DNA from: Escherichia coli | GTDB lineage: Bacteria > Pseudomonadota > Gammaproteobacteria > Enterobacterales > Enterobacteriaceae | Strand: one strand, 5' to 3' | DNA: 64,000 nt | Assembly: GCF_044324785.1 (NCBI RefSeq) | Contig: NZ_CP172128.1 | Shown here: positions 50,145 to 59,244 of the stretch, piece by piece | Numbering within the stretch: the stretch's first letter is position 1 | How the letters are laid out: every line of letters starts with the position of its first letter | Notes under the pieces: model-generated | Databases searched by the model: none | The model's input: only the letters and a program-made list of their open reading frames with translations | Told to the model about the DNA's origin: nothing | Position numbers and translations under genes: made by a program

Positions 50145-51588
50145 CCTGTCCGCTGTTGATTTTTCCCAGCAGATGCTGATTACGGGTCATTCCGCCCAGT
50201 TCCCGGTGCCAGTATGTTCTGGCCTCAATACGCCCCTTTTCCCGGTACAACTGGAAAAAACGGGCATCCGGGGAGATGACTTCTGCGATCACTGTTCGTC
50301 CTGTCACGCCACGCCAGCAGTGCGGGCAGCCTTCATGATTTCGCAGATATACCTGGTCCGGGTTGCAGACGCTTTCCACCAGGCGCCGTTCATCATCCGT
50401 GCGCTCGGTAGCCACCTCATGCCAGGGGCGACGGCAGTGCGGACATATCAGCTGAACCAGACGCTGGCTCAGCAGGCCAATGAACAGTTGCGGGTCGGCA
50501 ATCATCCTGGCCTGTACCCCCTCCATCTCAAGACGTTCGAGGATGTTAATCGGGTCGTTCGCATGGATGGTGGTCAGCATCAGATGCCCGGTCATGGCGG
50601 CTTTTATTGCCGTAATGGCGGAATCGTGGTCACGGATTTCGCCGTTCAGGATCCCGTCAGGGTCAAGACGTAGTGCTGATTTAATGGAGTCCACCCAGCC
50701 CTGTGCGGAATCCATGACGGCAGTCTGAATGGCACCGGGTATACGGCCCTCTGGCGGGGATTCAATGGTGAACAGCCTGCGACGGGGCAGAAGAATACCG
50801 CCGGTATTGTTGAAGCCGTACTGTTCAAGGTACGCCGCAGAGGCGGTTCTCAGCGTGGTGGATTTTCCTGAACCTGTTGGTCCTGAGAGCGTGATAATAC
50901 CTTCAGGGCGCTGCAGAATACGGCGCAGGGTGCGCTCCTGCTCAGGGTGGTAGCCCAGCATGCTGAAGGTCGGGATTTGCAGACTGTCATCCTTGATCAG
51001 ACGGAGCACAGCATAGAGGCCGCCCACGCAGGGATAGTGGGAGTAGCGTGCACCAAACAGACCGGCCAGTTTCAGGTACTGCTCTGAAAGACGCGCATCC
51101 TGAGGCACCCCGGGATCAAACTGTGTGCCCTTGATGACGTCGGTCATGCCGGAATAGGTGGCCCCCAGTAATTCGAGGCCTTCTTCTTTCCGGAGGATAT
51201 CGAGCACTTCCAGTTCGCCGTGAACCCGGGCTTCCACATAGGTGAAGTCCGTGTTGTCTCGTCCCGGGGTCATATGAAGGTCTGAGGCACCAAGAGAGGC
51301 AGAATGGCGGATATAGCCGAGCATTTTCTGCTGTACCGGGTTAATGACGCTTTCATCACCGGCGGTTGTGGTGTCCTGTCTGAGGCGGGCTATCACATCC
51401 AGGGTGGTGAATTCAAAGTCTCCCACACGCCCCTGATGACGTGCGCGCAGGCGGGTCAGATATTCCTGGACGGCACGCAGATGTTTTTTTCCCTCCACGA
51501 CCCTGACCCGCAGATGACCGGTTTTATCTGTGTCGATAGCCACATAATCCAGAATGTCATCCGGTGGCAGGTCTGCAGGATCCAACAT
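50080..51588 (-). CDS. pilQ: PilQ pilus assembly ATPase (GspE/PilB family)
   Basis: Walker A SGPTGSGKSTT, CxxC...CxxC tetracysteine motif (CPHC...CPHC); 502 aa. Confidence 0.85.
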   Translation of the reverse strand: MLDPADLPPDDILDYVAIDTDKTGHLRVRVVEGKKHLRAVQEYLTRLRARHQGRVGDFEFTTLDVIARLRQDTTTAGDESVINPVQQKMLGYIRHSASLGASDLHMTPGRDNTDFTYVEARVHGELEVLDILRKEEGLELLGATYSGMTDVIKGTQFDPGVPQDARLSEQYLKLAGLFGARYSHYPCVGGLYAVLRLIKDDSLQIPTFSMLGYHPEQERTLRRILQRPEGIITLSGPTGSGKSTTLRTASAAYLEQYGFNNTGGILLPRRRLFTIESPPEGRIPGAIQTAVMDSAQGWVDSIKSALRLDPDGILNGEIRDHDSAITAIKAAMTGHLMLTTIHANDPINILERLEMEGVQARMIADPQLFIGLLSQRLVQLICPHCRRPWHEVATERTDDERRLVESVCNPDQVYLRNHEGCPHCWRGVTGRTVIAEVISPDARFFQLYREKGRIEARTYWHRELGGMTRNQHLLGKINSGQVDPLAAHYISPVDEDSYTLLH

Positions 51589-51684
51589 AAGGCCTCCTTA
51601 CGGGCAGCGGCGCCCGGAAAATATGTTTTCTGTTATTAAGCGAGGGAAATAATCAGTTCTTCTGCGGAGAGAATCTGGACATTT

Positions 51685-52359
51685 TCAGCACAGGCTTAAC
51701 AGTGTAAAAATGATTACGCCTCCAAAAGCGAATAACAGGGGAATGTTTTTCTCCGGCTGTGTTGATCTCAGCGTTAATACCGGTGTGGCGAGAGCGTAAA
51801 AAATAATACCTGCGGTATAAATAAAATAAGGTGTGATGCCGGACAGATTACATACACTGGCGAATATCATAAGCATGACGGCAACTACCGATAAAATAAT
51901 GGAAGTATTCTTCCATTCACCAGATGGTGTAAGTGAAATGATATCGCCATCCTGTTTATAGTTCGTGTTCAGCTTCAGGAAATGACGGATATCTTTCAGC
52001 GTGTTCAGTTTCTGCTGGATCTCTTCCACAAGTTCCTGTCTGTCGGTTTTTTCACGGAGCAGCTGGAATTTTGTCTCCCTCAGTACAGATATAATACGGT
52101 CCACCTGGCCGGGGGAGGGATAGTAATGATGTTCGAGCATCCACCGGATATCGGCGATTAACCGGTCAGTTACCGGTGTATTACCGTTGTTAATGAGAGG
52201 TGTTTCGTGCATCCACTGAAATATGCGGTAGATATGTCGCTTAACAAAAATAAAATCATCGGTGGTTTTATTCTCCAGCATGAGATATATCCCGTCGAGT
52301 GTTAATAATAAAACGTCCCGGGTGTGAGGTGATTTGTGATGTATTGTACGGAATATCAT
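51685..52359 (-). CDS. Hypothetical membrane-anchored protein inside the pil operon (224 aa)
   Basis: Soluble N-terminal domain plus two C-terminal TM helices; sits between pilP and pilQ. Confidence 0.45.
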   Translation of the reverse strand: MIFRTIHHKSPHTRDVLLLTLDGIYLMLENKTTDDFIFVKRHIYRIFQWMHETPLINNGNTPVTDRLIADIRWMLEHHYYPSPGQVDRIISVLRETKFQLLREKTDRQELVEEIQQKLNTLKDIRHFLKLNTNYKQDGDIISLTPSGEWKNTSIILSVVAVMLMIFASVCNLSGITPYFIYTAGIIFYALATPVLTLRSTQPEKNIPLLFAFGGVIIFTLLSLC

Positions 52360-52490
52360 TTCTGCACTGTAATCGTTTACGCAGGTGATATATCACACCA
52401 GAGTAAATACAGCGGAATGAAGCTGTAGAGTGACCAGAAAAGCCCGACGGGATCTTTTGCCCACAGGCATAAGAATGTCAGTCCGGTGCA

Positions 52491-52931
52491 TCATGCGCCG
52501 GCAAGTGCCGCGCATAATTCAGCGCCTCCGGAATTGCCGCTCTTCATCATATAACAGAGCGCGATCAGCAGTGGGATAATGAAGACGAGCGGCAGGACAA
52601 AGGATTCGGCTGCGGATATCCATTCCCGGTAACGCCAGCGGTCGTTTAATCTGTCGGCATCATATTTCAGACAGTTGCTCAGGAACGCCAGATCGTTCAT
52701 GAGGGGGGCGTCCTGGCCATACTGCGCCGCGAGGCGCATTCTGGCACCCCACAACCGGGCACTCAGGGCACGGAGTTGTGCCGGGGTGACCTGTTTTCCC
52801 CGACAAAGTTGTACCTGTAATTGTGTTGCCTCGTGGACAATATCTGTGTGGTTCACCCCATATTCTGCAGCGGCTGTTTCCAGGTCACGGATGATCAGGC
52901 TGAGCCAGGATATCAGTTCACTGATGTTCAT
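52491..52931 (-). CDS. Hypothetical membrane-anchored protein inside the pil operon (146 aa)
   Basis: Soluble N-terminal domain plus one C-terminal TM helix; between pilP and pilQ. Confidence 0.45.
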   Translation of the reverse strand: MNISELISWLSLIIRDLETAAAEYGVNHTDIVHEATQLQVQLCRGKQVTPAQLRALSARLWGARMRLAAQYGQDAPLMNDLAFLSNCLKYDADRLNDRWRYREWISAAESFVLPLVFIIPLLIALCYMMKSGNSGGAELCAALAGA

Positions 52932-52979
52932 TGTCGTTCATCCTTTTGTACGGACAGCCGCCTGTACTGGCGGCCGGTT

Positions 52980-53432
52980 TCATGGTCGCAGGGTTTTTCT
53001 GATGCCGGACTGCTCCAGTACCACACTGTCCGGTGTGATTTTCTCCACGAGATAAGGGGTTCCGGGGATGTTCTGGCCCGTCTTCACATCGGTGATGTGT
53101 CCACCCGAAAGTTCTATCCGGGCTCTCAGCTGAGGCTGTACACCAAATATTTCTGTCAGACGGGGGGATGTCGCCGTCGACGGGGCAGTCGGGATGGCGG
53201 ACGTGCTTTCCTGCGGACGACCGGGCTCTGCGGGAATACCCTGCTCCAGCATGCGCAGTTCATGACGGATTTTCTCTCTCGCCAGCATGGCTTCATACAG
53301 GGCTGTTTCGTCCTGTATCCGCTCAATCTGCAGTTGCCGGGGACTCTGTTCCTCTGCGTTTCCGGTTGTGGCCATTGCCGTTGCCGGTAACAGCAGCGCT
53401 GAAACCAGAAGGGCTTTTGTTTTAGCGTGCAT
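52980..53432 (-). CDS. pilP: PilP-like periplasmic protein
   Basis: 150 aa with signal peptide MHAKTKALLVSALLLPATAMA; positional. Confidence 0.5.
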   Translation of the reverse strand: MHAKTKALLVSALLLPATAMATTGNAEEQSPRQLQIERIQDETALYEAMLAREKIRHELRMLEQGIPAEPGRPQESTSAIPTAPSTATSPRLTEIFGVQPQLRARIELSGGHITDVKTGQNIPGTPYLVEKITPDSVVLEQSGIRKTLRP

Positions 53433-54717
53433 AATATTTACCTGTAAATTGATAGTGGAAACGACCGTTCTCCAGTTGTCGTGTGACAGAGATAAAACGG
53501 ACAGAAGGCGCCTTCAGACGTTCAACCAGCTGGTATGCCGGGAGTAGCGTCTGTATCTGAAGGTCATACTCTTTCCACGGAGGCTGGATAATATTTCCGT
53601 TTTCATCGGTGACGCTGTTACTGACCTCCTGCCAGTCCAGCGTCAGTGGCATTGACTGAGCAAGCGTGGTCAGTTGTTCTTGCAGGACAGAGCTTTCCGG
53701 CAGAGCATCAACGTCGACGGGATGTTCAGGCAGGCGGAAGCTGACTGGCAGGCCAATGCCGCCGGTCTTTCCTTCCGGCATCACAATAAAGGGGCGGGTG
53801 CCCGTCATATCACTGATGCGCCGGATGAAGTCAGTCACTGTCGCGCCAGCTGTATTAGTGTACGAGGCGCGAAGATTGCCGCTGCCGCCGTCAGTTGAAC
53901 ATTCAGCCAGCGAATAACGCCATCCGGCGGCAGACAATGGCAGTGACGTCCATATGTCAGCACATCCCTGGATAAAGGCGTCGGTTTCGGGGAGTCCGGG
54001 CCAGGGGGGACTGATTCGTTCCTCTGTGGCCTGTCGGGCAGCTGCTGCCTGCGCGGCTTGTTCAGTCTTCCACCGTTCATAATACTGCCAGCCGTACCAT
54101 GCAGCGCCGAGAAGGGCGATGATCAGCGAGACAGTGATGAACTGCGCTCCCCGGGATACCGGATTCAGGCGCGCGGCAGCCGGATGTTTACCAGAGCCGG
54201 TCAGGGTGGACAGCGGCAGGGCCTGATTCTGATCGCCTGCTGAAAATGCCACCGGTTCATAGCGTGTCCAGCCCTGCTCCGGTTCGGTGTTGATGGAAAG
54301 AAAGGTATCCCGGGCTTCACGGACCTCTTCTCCGCTTCCCACCAGGTCACTGACGAGAACACCGTCGACAGCGGAAACAAAGCTGTAGCGCGGTGTTTCT
54401 CCGGGTAACGTCAGTTCCGTGATGGCATAGCCGCCATGTTCAAGCAGTGGCAGGATCAGCAGGGCGAGGGAGAAGCACTGACGGGGTTTTCCGGGCAGTA
54501 TGCGGCGACTGACAGTGGCTACCATGGTGTGGGTATCGGCATCTTCATTACTGAGATACTGACAGGCCAGGAAAAGGTCGGCTTTCTGTGCCCGGGCAAA
54601 GTCGCGGGCATGCCGGTACTGTGAGGGCAGTGTTTTCCATTCCAGCCCGGCCAGAAACACATTGCGCCCTGCCGGCAGCGGAAACACCTGCCGCTCTGTC
54701 GGTGAAATATCCGTCAC
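53422..54717 (-). CDS. pilO: PilO-like protein
   Basis: 431 aa with one TM helix; positional and size match. Confidence 0.55.
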   Translation of the reverse strand: MTDISPTERQVFPLPAGRNVFLAGLEWKTLPSQYRHARDFARAQKADLFLACQYLSNEDADTHTMVATVSRRILPGKPRQCFSLALLILPLLEHGGYAITELTLPGETPRYSFVSAVDGVLVSDLVGSGEEVREARDTFLSINTEPEQGWTRYEPVAFSAGDQNQALPLSTLTGSGKHPAAARLNPVSRGAQFITVSLIIALLGAAWYGWQYYERWKTEQAAQAAAARQATEERISPPWPGLPETDAFIQGCADIWTSLPLSAAGWRYSLAECSTDGGSGNLRASYTNTAGATVTDFIRRISDMTGTRPFIVMPEGKTGGIGLPVSFRLPEHPVDVDALPESSVLQEQLTTLAQSMPLTLDWQEVSNSVTDENGNIIQPPWKEYDLQIQTLLPAYQLVERLKAPSVRFISVTRQLENGRFHYQFTGKYYAR

Positions 54718-54737
54718 GATCGTCCTCCTTGTGAAAA

Positions 54738-56357
54738 TCAGATGATATTGGGCGTGATCAGCACCACGAGAATGGTGTCGTCGTTTTCACTGTTGATCCC
54801 ACCGCCAAGACCGAAGAATCCCGGCGTGCCTACACCCTGTTTTCCGCTGCGACGTCCTGACTGCTGGAAGCCACTGATAATGACCGTCTGCCCGGATTTC
54901 AGATCCACGGTCTGATTGATGGTTTTCAGATCCACATTCGGCAGCTGGGCTTTACTTCCACCGCTCTCATAATTCTCAATAACCGGTTTGTCGGAGAGAC
55001 TCATGGAATAGAGCAACTGCAGTGTCTGTGAGTCCGGGAGAATGAACGGCAGAAGGGTCATGTTAAAACCGGTGGTGATGGTGGCCGCATTCAGGGAGGT
55101 GGATGAGCCGACATTGGCAGTGGTATCCGTCGTCACACTCTCGATGTAACTCTGCTGATTGGCGATCTGCATTGGCACCGGCGTCAGGTTTTTGGTGACG
55201 GCAGAGTGCTGGGTCACCACACTGACAACCCCCTGGGAAGACAATGCTTTCAGGAAGGCTTTTGAACCGGTGAGTTTACCGTCCACAATGGAAACACCAC
55301 CTGTGATGGCATCACTGGCTGCACTGGTGAATGTGCTGCCGAGACTCAGTCCCAGCGTTCTGTCGCTGAAGACTGCGTTCCAGTCGATACCGGCCTGCTC
55401 ATTGCGGGTTTTCCGGATACTCAGAATTTCCACATTCAGCACCACCTGACGTTTCATCTCTTCATTGCGTTTTTCAATGAATGCCCGGACCGTTTCCAGA
55501 ACCTGTGGATTATCTGTGACGGTTATAAAGCCCGTGGACATGAACATGCGTCCGATACCCGGGGTCAGCATTGATGTGACCGCATTTTTCACATCCTGAT
55601 ACAGCGCAGACTTCATATCCACGGTGGTGGTCTGGGTATTGCTGGCATCACCGGAAATGGCATCTGATGCACTGCCTCCTGATGAGCCGTTTGAGGACAT
55701 GGTGCCGCTGACCACAGTGGCGTTATAGGTCACCTGACTGTCCATATAGGTGATGGGGAAGGTCTGTGTCTCGAGATAATAGAAGATGATATGCGAGCCG
55801 TCATAGCGCCAGGATATACCGAGACGGGAGGAGACCGCATTCAGCAGGGTCGTCAGGCCGGAGGCATTCAGTTCAGACAGTGCTGCGGTATTTCCCGGCA
55901 GACGGGATGATGGCGTGTCAGATGCGCCAATGGCGGCAAGGGGAACCATGCCGCTTGCATCCGGTGGGGGTAACGCGCCCTGGATTTGTTGTGTGCTGCC
56001 GGTTGTGGATGTATTCAGGTATGTCAGTACATCAGGTGTGATCCGTACAGGAATATGGCAGCTTTCCGTGATCCGCTGAACCACCTGCTGAAGGGTGATG
56101 CTCTGACGGGTATGAATGACAATGGGACAACCGGGAACGGTTTTGCCGGTGTTTTTATCCATGACCGGACGGGGATTGATCCATTGTCGAGAGGATTCCT
56201 TAACAACCGGCGTCCGGGTTCGCAGATCAGACATCATTTCCCGTGCCCGTTGTTGTTCCGCAACGGCTTCCTTTCTTGTGCTCTCAAGCTGTCTGTAACT
56301 GGCACAGCCCTGTAACAGAGCGGCGGCAATCATAATGGCAAGAATTTTTTTATTCAT
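54738..56357 (-). CDS. pilN: PilN secretin lipoprotein
   Basis: Lipoprotein signal MNKKILAIMIAAALLQGCAS; secretin-type C-terminal domain (...DDTILVVLITPNII). Confidence 0.8.
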   Translation of the reverse strand: MNKKILAIMIAAALLQGCASYRQLESTRKEAVAEQQRAREMMSDLRTRTPVVKESSRQWINPRPVMDKNTGKTVPGCPIVIHTRQSITLQQVVQRITESCHIPVRITPDVLTYLNTSTTGSTQQIQGALPPPDASGMVPLAAIGASDTPSSRLPGNTAALSELNASGLTTLLNAVSSRLGISWRYDGSHIIFYYLETQTFPITYMDSQVTYNATVVSGTMSSNGSSGGSASDAISGDASNTQTTTVDMKSALYQDVKNAVTSMLTPGIGRMFMSTGFITVTDNPQVLETVRAFIEKRNEEMKRQVVLNVEILSIRKTRNEQAGIDWNAVFSDRTLGLSLGSTFTSAASDAITGGVSIVDGKLTGSKAFLKALSSQGVVSVVTQHSAVTKNLTPVPMQIANQQSYIESVTTDTTANVGSSTSLNAATITTGFNMTLLPFILPDSQTLQLLYSMSLSDKPVIENYESGGSKAQLPNVDLKTINQTVDLKSGQTVIISGFQQSGRRSGKQGVGTPGFFGLGGGINSENDDTILVVLITPNII

Positions 56358-56387
56358 GGGAGATCCGTGAGTTATTCAGATTCGTGA

Positions 56388-56825
56388 CTAATTCATCCAG
56401 AGGATGACGTGATCGGGGATCACCGACGGAAGTGTGACGGAAAGCGCTCTGCCGGCGGTGTCCAGCAGCCGGCCGTTTTTCACCCTGCCGAGGAGGGCAG
56501 AGTCATGACTCTGTTCCCTGAGGGCGGCCATCAGGCCCGGGGTTTCTGTGGCCCAGACAAAAACACGTTGCTGGCTGATGATATGACTGACGGTATCCGT
56601 CCCGGGAAGCCCGAGCTGAGCGGATGTCAGCCGCCCTCCGGCTGTCCGTCGTTCCGGATTCTGATGCAGGTAATCATTGATGGCGTTCATATAACGAATG
56701 AACGTTGCTGCCTGTTGTGTGTTTTCTGCGGCCTGATGACGGTGTTCGCTGCGGGAGAGCTGACTGGTGAACCAGAAATTGCCGGTGGTCGTGATGACCA
56801 TGATGAACACGATGAACCAGCCCAT
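56388..56825 (-). CDS. pilM: PilM-like protein
   Basis: 145 aa with N-terminal TM helix; positional. Confidence 0.5.
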   Translation of the reverse strand: MGWFIVFIMVITTTGNFWFTSQLSRSEHRHQAAENTQQAATFIRYMNAINDYLHQNPERRTAGGRLTSAQLGLPGTDTVSHIISQQRVFVWATETPGLMAALREQSHDSALLGRVKNGRLLDTAGRALSVTLPSVIPDHVILWMN

Positions 56826-56829
56826 AAGG

Positions 56830-57900
56830 TTATTCCTGTGGACGATCTGTCACCCGCAGCAGACATTGTGCTGTGCTGGTCCGGGCATACAGCGGTTTTT
56901 CCACCGGGGTGTAGAGTGCAAATAGCTGTTCCAGCGCCTGGCGGAAACTGCCGGTGAAAACCAGAGGAGCATCGATGCTGTAGTTGACAGGTGTTTCCCA
57001 GCGCAGTGTCCATGTGCCGTGCGGGCATTTTTCGGATGATGTCCAGCGGGCCAGTCCGTCTTTCAGGGTGGTCCCCTTTTCCATTTTCCACTGCCGTGGC
57101 GGTATGACCTTCTGCGGTGGTGTCACTACCGGTTTCGTGGCCACCGGGGCTGGCGTGGTTGTTCTGCTCTCTGGTGTTCCGGATGTCCCGGTGGTGGTCT
57201 GAGCCCGGGATACGCTGACGGCAGGTGGTACCTGTGCCTGGTCTGCCGCTGTTCCGGTTGTGCTCCTGAACGGATTACGTGGTGTGTCCGCTGTTTTCTG
57301 TGAACCCTGCGGTGTCGTGACGTCGACCGGCGGTGTTGCAGAGGTCGTGACAGTCAGTATTTTCCTGTTCCAGTCCATATGTCCGTAAAGCTGCTGGCCG
57401 GCCAGCAGCGCATTCAGTGCCCGGTGCCACTGGTCATTAACGGACCAGGAAGGGAGGCGTTTGTTCAGTGCCGGTGTGGCGGCATTCTGCTGGCGGAACT
57501 GCCAGCCGGTTGGCAGCAGCTGGCGTATCCAGTCACTGACGGTGCGCTGACGTGCTTCACGTAAATAAACGACGGATGAGGGACCGGGCTTACCGGTCAT
57601 AACCAGTGCAGACAGCGGTGTGGCCTGAAGAAGCGGGCGGGGAGGCAGTGCGGTACTCTGGCTGCTGACAGTGGTTGAGGGTGTCGCCGTTGTTGTCGGA
57701 CGGGGCGGTGTCACAGGGCGGGTCACCGGTGGCGGAAGCAGACGTTTTTGCGTATGGGTGATAATGGCAGCACTTTCGCGAATTTGTCCGTCGACGAACA
57801 CCAGAGCCGGAGGCGTGGTATCCGGAACAGGCGTGGCATTAAATGCCGTACAGCCGCTGAGTAATGACGGCAGAAGGAGTGTCAGTGATTTCTTTTGCAT
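56830..57900 (-). CDS. pilL: PilL-like lipoprotein
   Basis: Lipoprotein signal MQKKSLTLLLPSLLSGCTA; Pro/Thr-rich linker; 356 aa. Confidence 0.6.
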   Translation of the reverse strand: MQKKSLTLLLPSLLSGCTAFNATPVPDTTPPALVFVDGQIRESAAIITHTQKRLLPPPVTRPVTPPRPTTTATPSTTVSSQSTALPPRPLLQATPLSALVMTGKPGPSSVVYLREARQRTVSDWIRQLLPTGWQFRQQNAATPALNKRLPSWSVNDQWHRALNALLAGQQLYGHMDWNRKILTVTTSATPPVDVTTPQGSQKTADTPRNPFRSTTGTAADQAQVPPAVSVSRAQTTTGTSGTPESRTTTPAPVATKPVVTPPQKVIPPRQWKMEKGTTLKDGLARWTSSEKCPHGTWTLRWETPVNYSIDAPLVFTGSFRQALEQLFALYTPVEKPLYARTSTAQCLLRVTDRPQE

Positions 57901-58021
57901 AGAATATAATCCGGTATATTACGGGTTACGGTATAAGACAGGTGGCGGTTAACTGGCCTTCAGATGAATATCATTTCATCGGGTTATTGATGATGAACCT
58001 TAAAAATCACAGAGGTGATGC

Positions 58022-58417
58022 ATGATAAAGAAGATGTGGCGTTATTTACGGCAAATTGATAAGTATGAATTGCTGCAGCAGGTGATTTCAGTACATGAAG
58101 TGGAACTGCTCAGGAAAATGATGACAGATTCATTATTAGGGTGCTCAGTAGGATATGTGTTTTCGAAAATACTGAAGATATCCTTTCTGCGTTTTATTCA
58201 GTCTGAGGGGGGATGGGATATTATTACTTACTTTTTGTGGATGCTGGGAATACTTATTGTCATGGTCGCGCTGTTTATCTGGATGTGCGCCGCTGTATGC
58301 TATGAGCTTCGGATGTATAAAATAAAAACAGGAAGGGAGAACGATATATTATTCTGGGTGTGGATTCTTCTTTTTGATGTCGCGGTTGTATTTTCGCTGG
58401 GTAATGTTATCTGGTGA
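58022..58417 (+). CDS. Hypothetical membrane protein (131 aa), AT-rich
   Basis: Two to three TM helices; low-GC codon usage. Confidence 0.4.
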   Translation: MIKKMWRYLRQIDKYELLQQVISVHEVELLRKMMTDSLLGCSVGYVFSKILKISFLRFIQSEGGWDIITYFLWMLGILIVMVALFIWMCAAVCYELRMYKIKTGRENDILFWVWILLFDVAVVFSLGNVIW

Positions 58418-58849
58418 TTATGGGTTCAGTGACATATGGAAAAAGATAAGTGCGAACATTGATACTGAAGAATAATATATCCAGGAATAGAAAAACATGA
58501 ATTTCGGAGATGGTTTCTTCTGTCTCCTGTTTTTCAGGGGAGTCTGTGGGTCAAATGTTATCAGCGTCATTAAAGGATACCCTTTCATAAGAATAAAAAT
58601 ATAGACGCATAAATGAGCGTAAAGAGGTAACCTGTCCTGCCAGAACAGAATCATCATGATGACGGCAAGATGAAATGTCGTTACATTGATATAATAAAAC
58701 CAGCTGTATTTACGCAGATACTGTTGGATATTCACGCTGTCAGCATGCGGTTCTGGTGAACAATTTATGCAAAAACAGAAGAAAGAAATGATGATGAACA
58801 CGGTCAGAGTGACCGGTAATACAGTCACAAGCAGAAAGAGTATGGACAT
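58418..58849 (-). CDS. Hypothetical membrane protein (143 aa), AT-rich
   Basis: Four predicted TM helices; convergent with 58022..58417, stop codons adjacent. Confidence 0.4.
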   Translation of the reverse strand: MSILFLLVTVLPVTLTVFIIISFFCFCINCSPEPHADSVNIQQYLRKYSWFYYINVTTFHLAVIMMILFWQDRLPLYAHLCVYIFILMKGYPLMTLITFDPQTPLKNRRQKKPSPKFMFFYSWIYYSSVSMFALIFFHMSLNP

Positions 58850-58921
58850 AAAAATATCTCCGTCAGGATAGTGTGATTATTCCTTTATGGTTCCATAACC
58901 CGGCGTAGCTCCGTCGACTGG

Positions 58922-59239
58922 TTATAATTTTATCCGGGACCTGGCTTTAAGGGGTAATGCCACCTCTTTCCATTCACTACAGCTTCCGGGAATACGTTCT
59001 GTGCGTCGTATTATTCGTGTGTTCTGGCATACAATAATCAGGGCATTGTCTGCCGTCTGAAAAGGCATAATCGCAATGTTAATATCTTCTGTTGCCGGGA
59101 TACAGATGACTTTCTTTTCACATGTGTTGGTGTATACAACAACTCTGAATTTTTCTGCGGACATTTTCAATCCTCTTTTAAGCCAGAATATCCCGTGAGG
59201 GCATTCTTTGTGAAAAAGATGCCGGAAAAATTCCGGCAC
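58922..59239 (-). CDS. Hypothetical small protein downstream of the flotillin-like gene
   Basis: ORF 6 bp after the 59245 gene's stop; likely start at the internal Met (MSAEKFRVVVY). Confidence 0.3.
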   Translation of the reverse strand: MPEFFRHLFHKECPHGIFWLKRGLKMSAEKFRVVVYTNTCEKKVICIPATEDINIAIMPFQTADNALIIVCQNTRIIRRTERIPGSCSEWKEVALPLKARSRIKL

Positions 59240-59244
59240 GGGGA

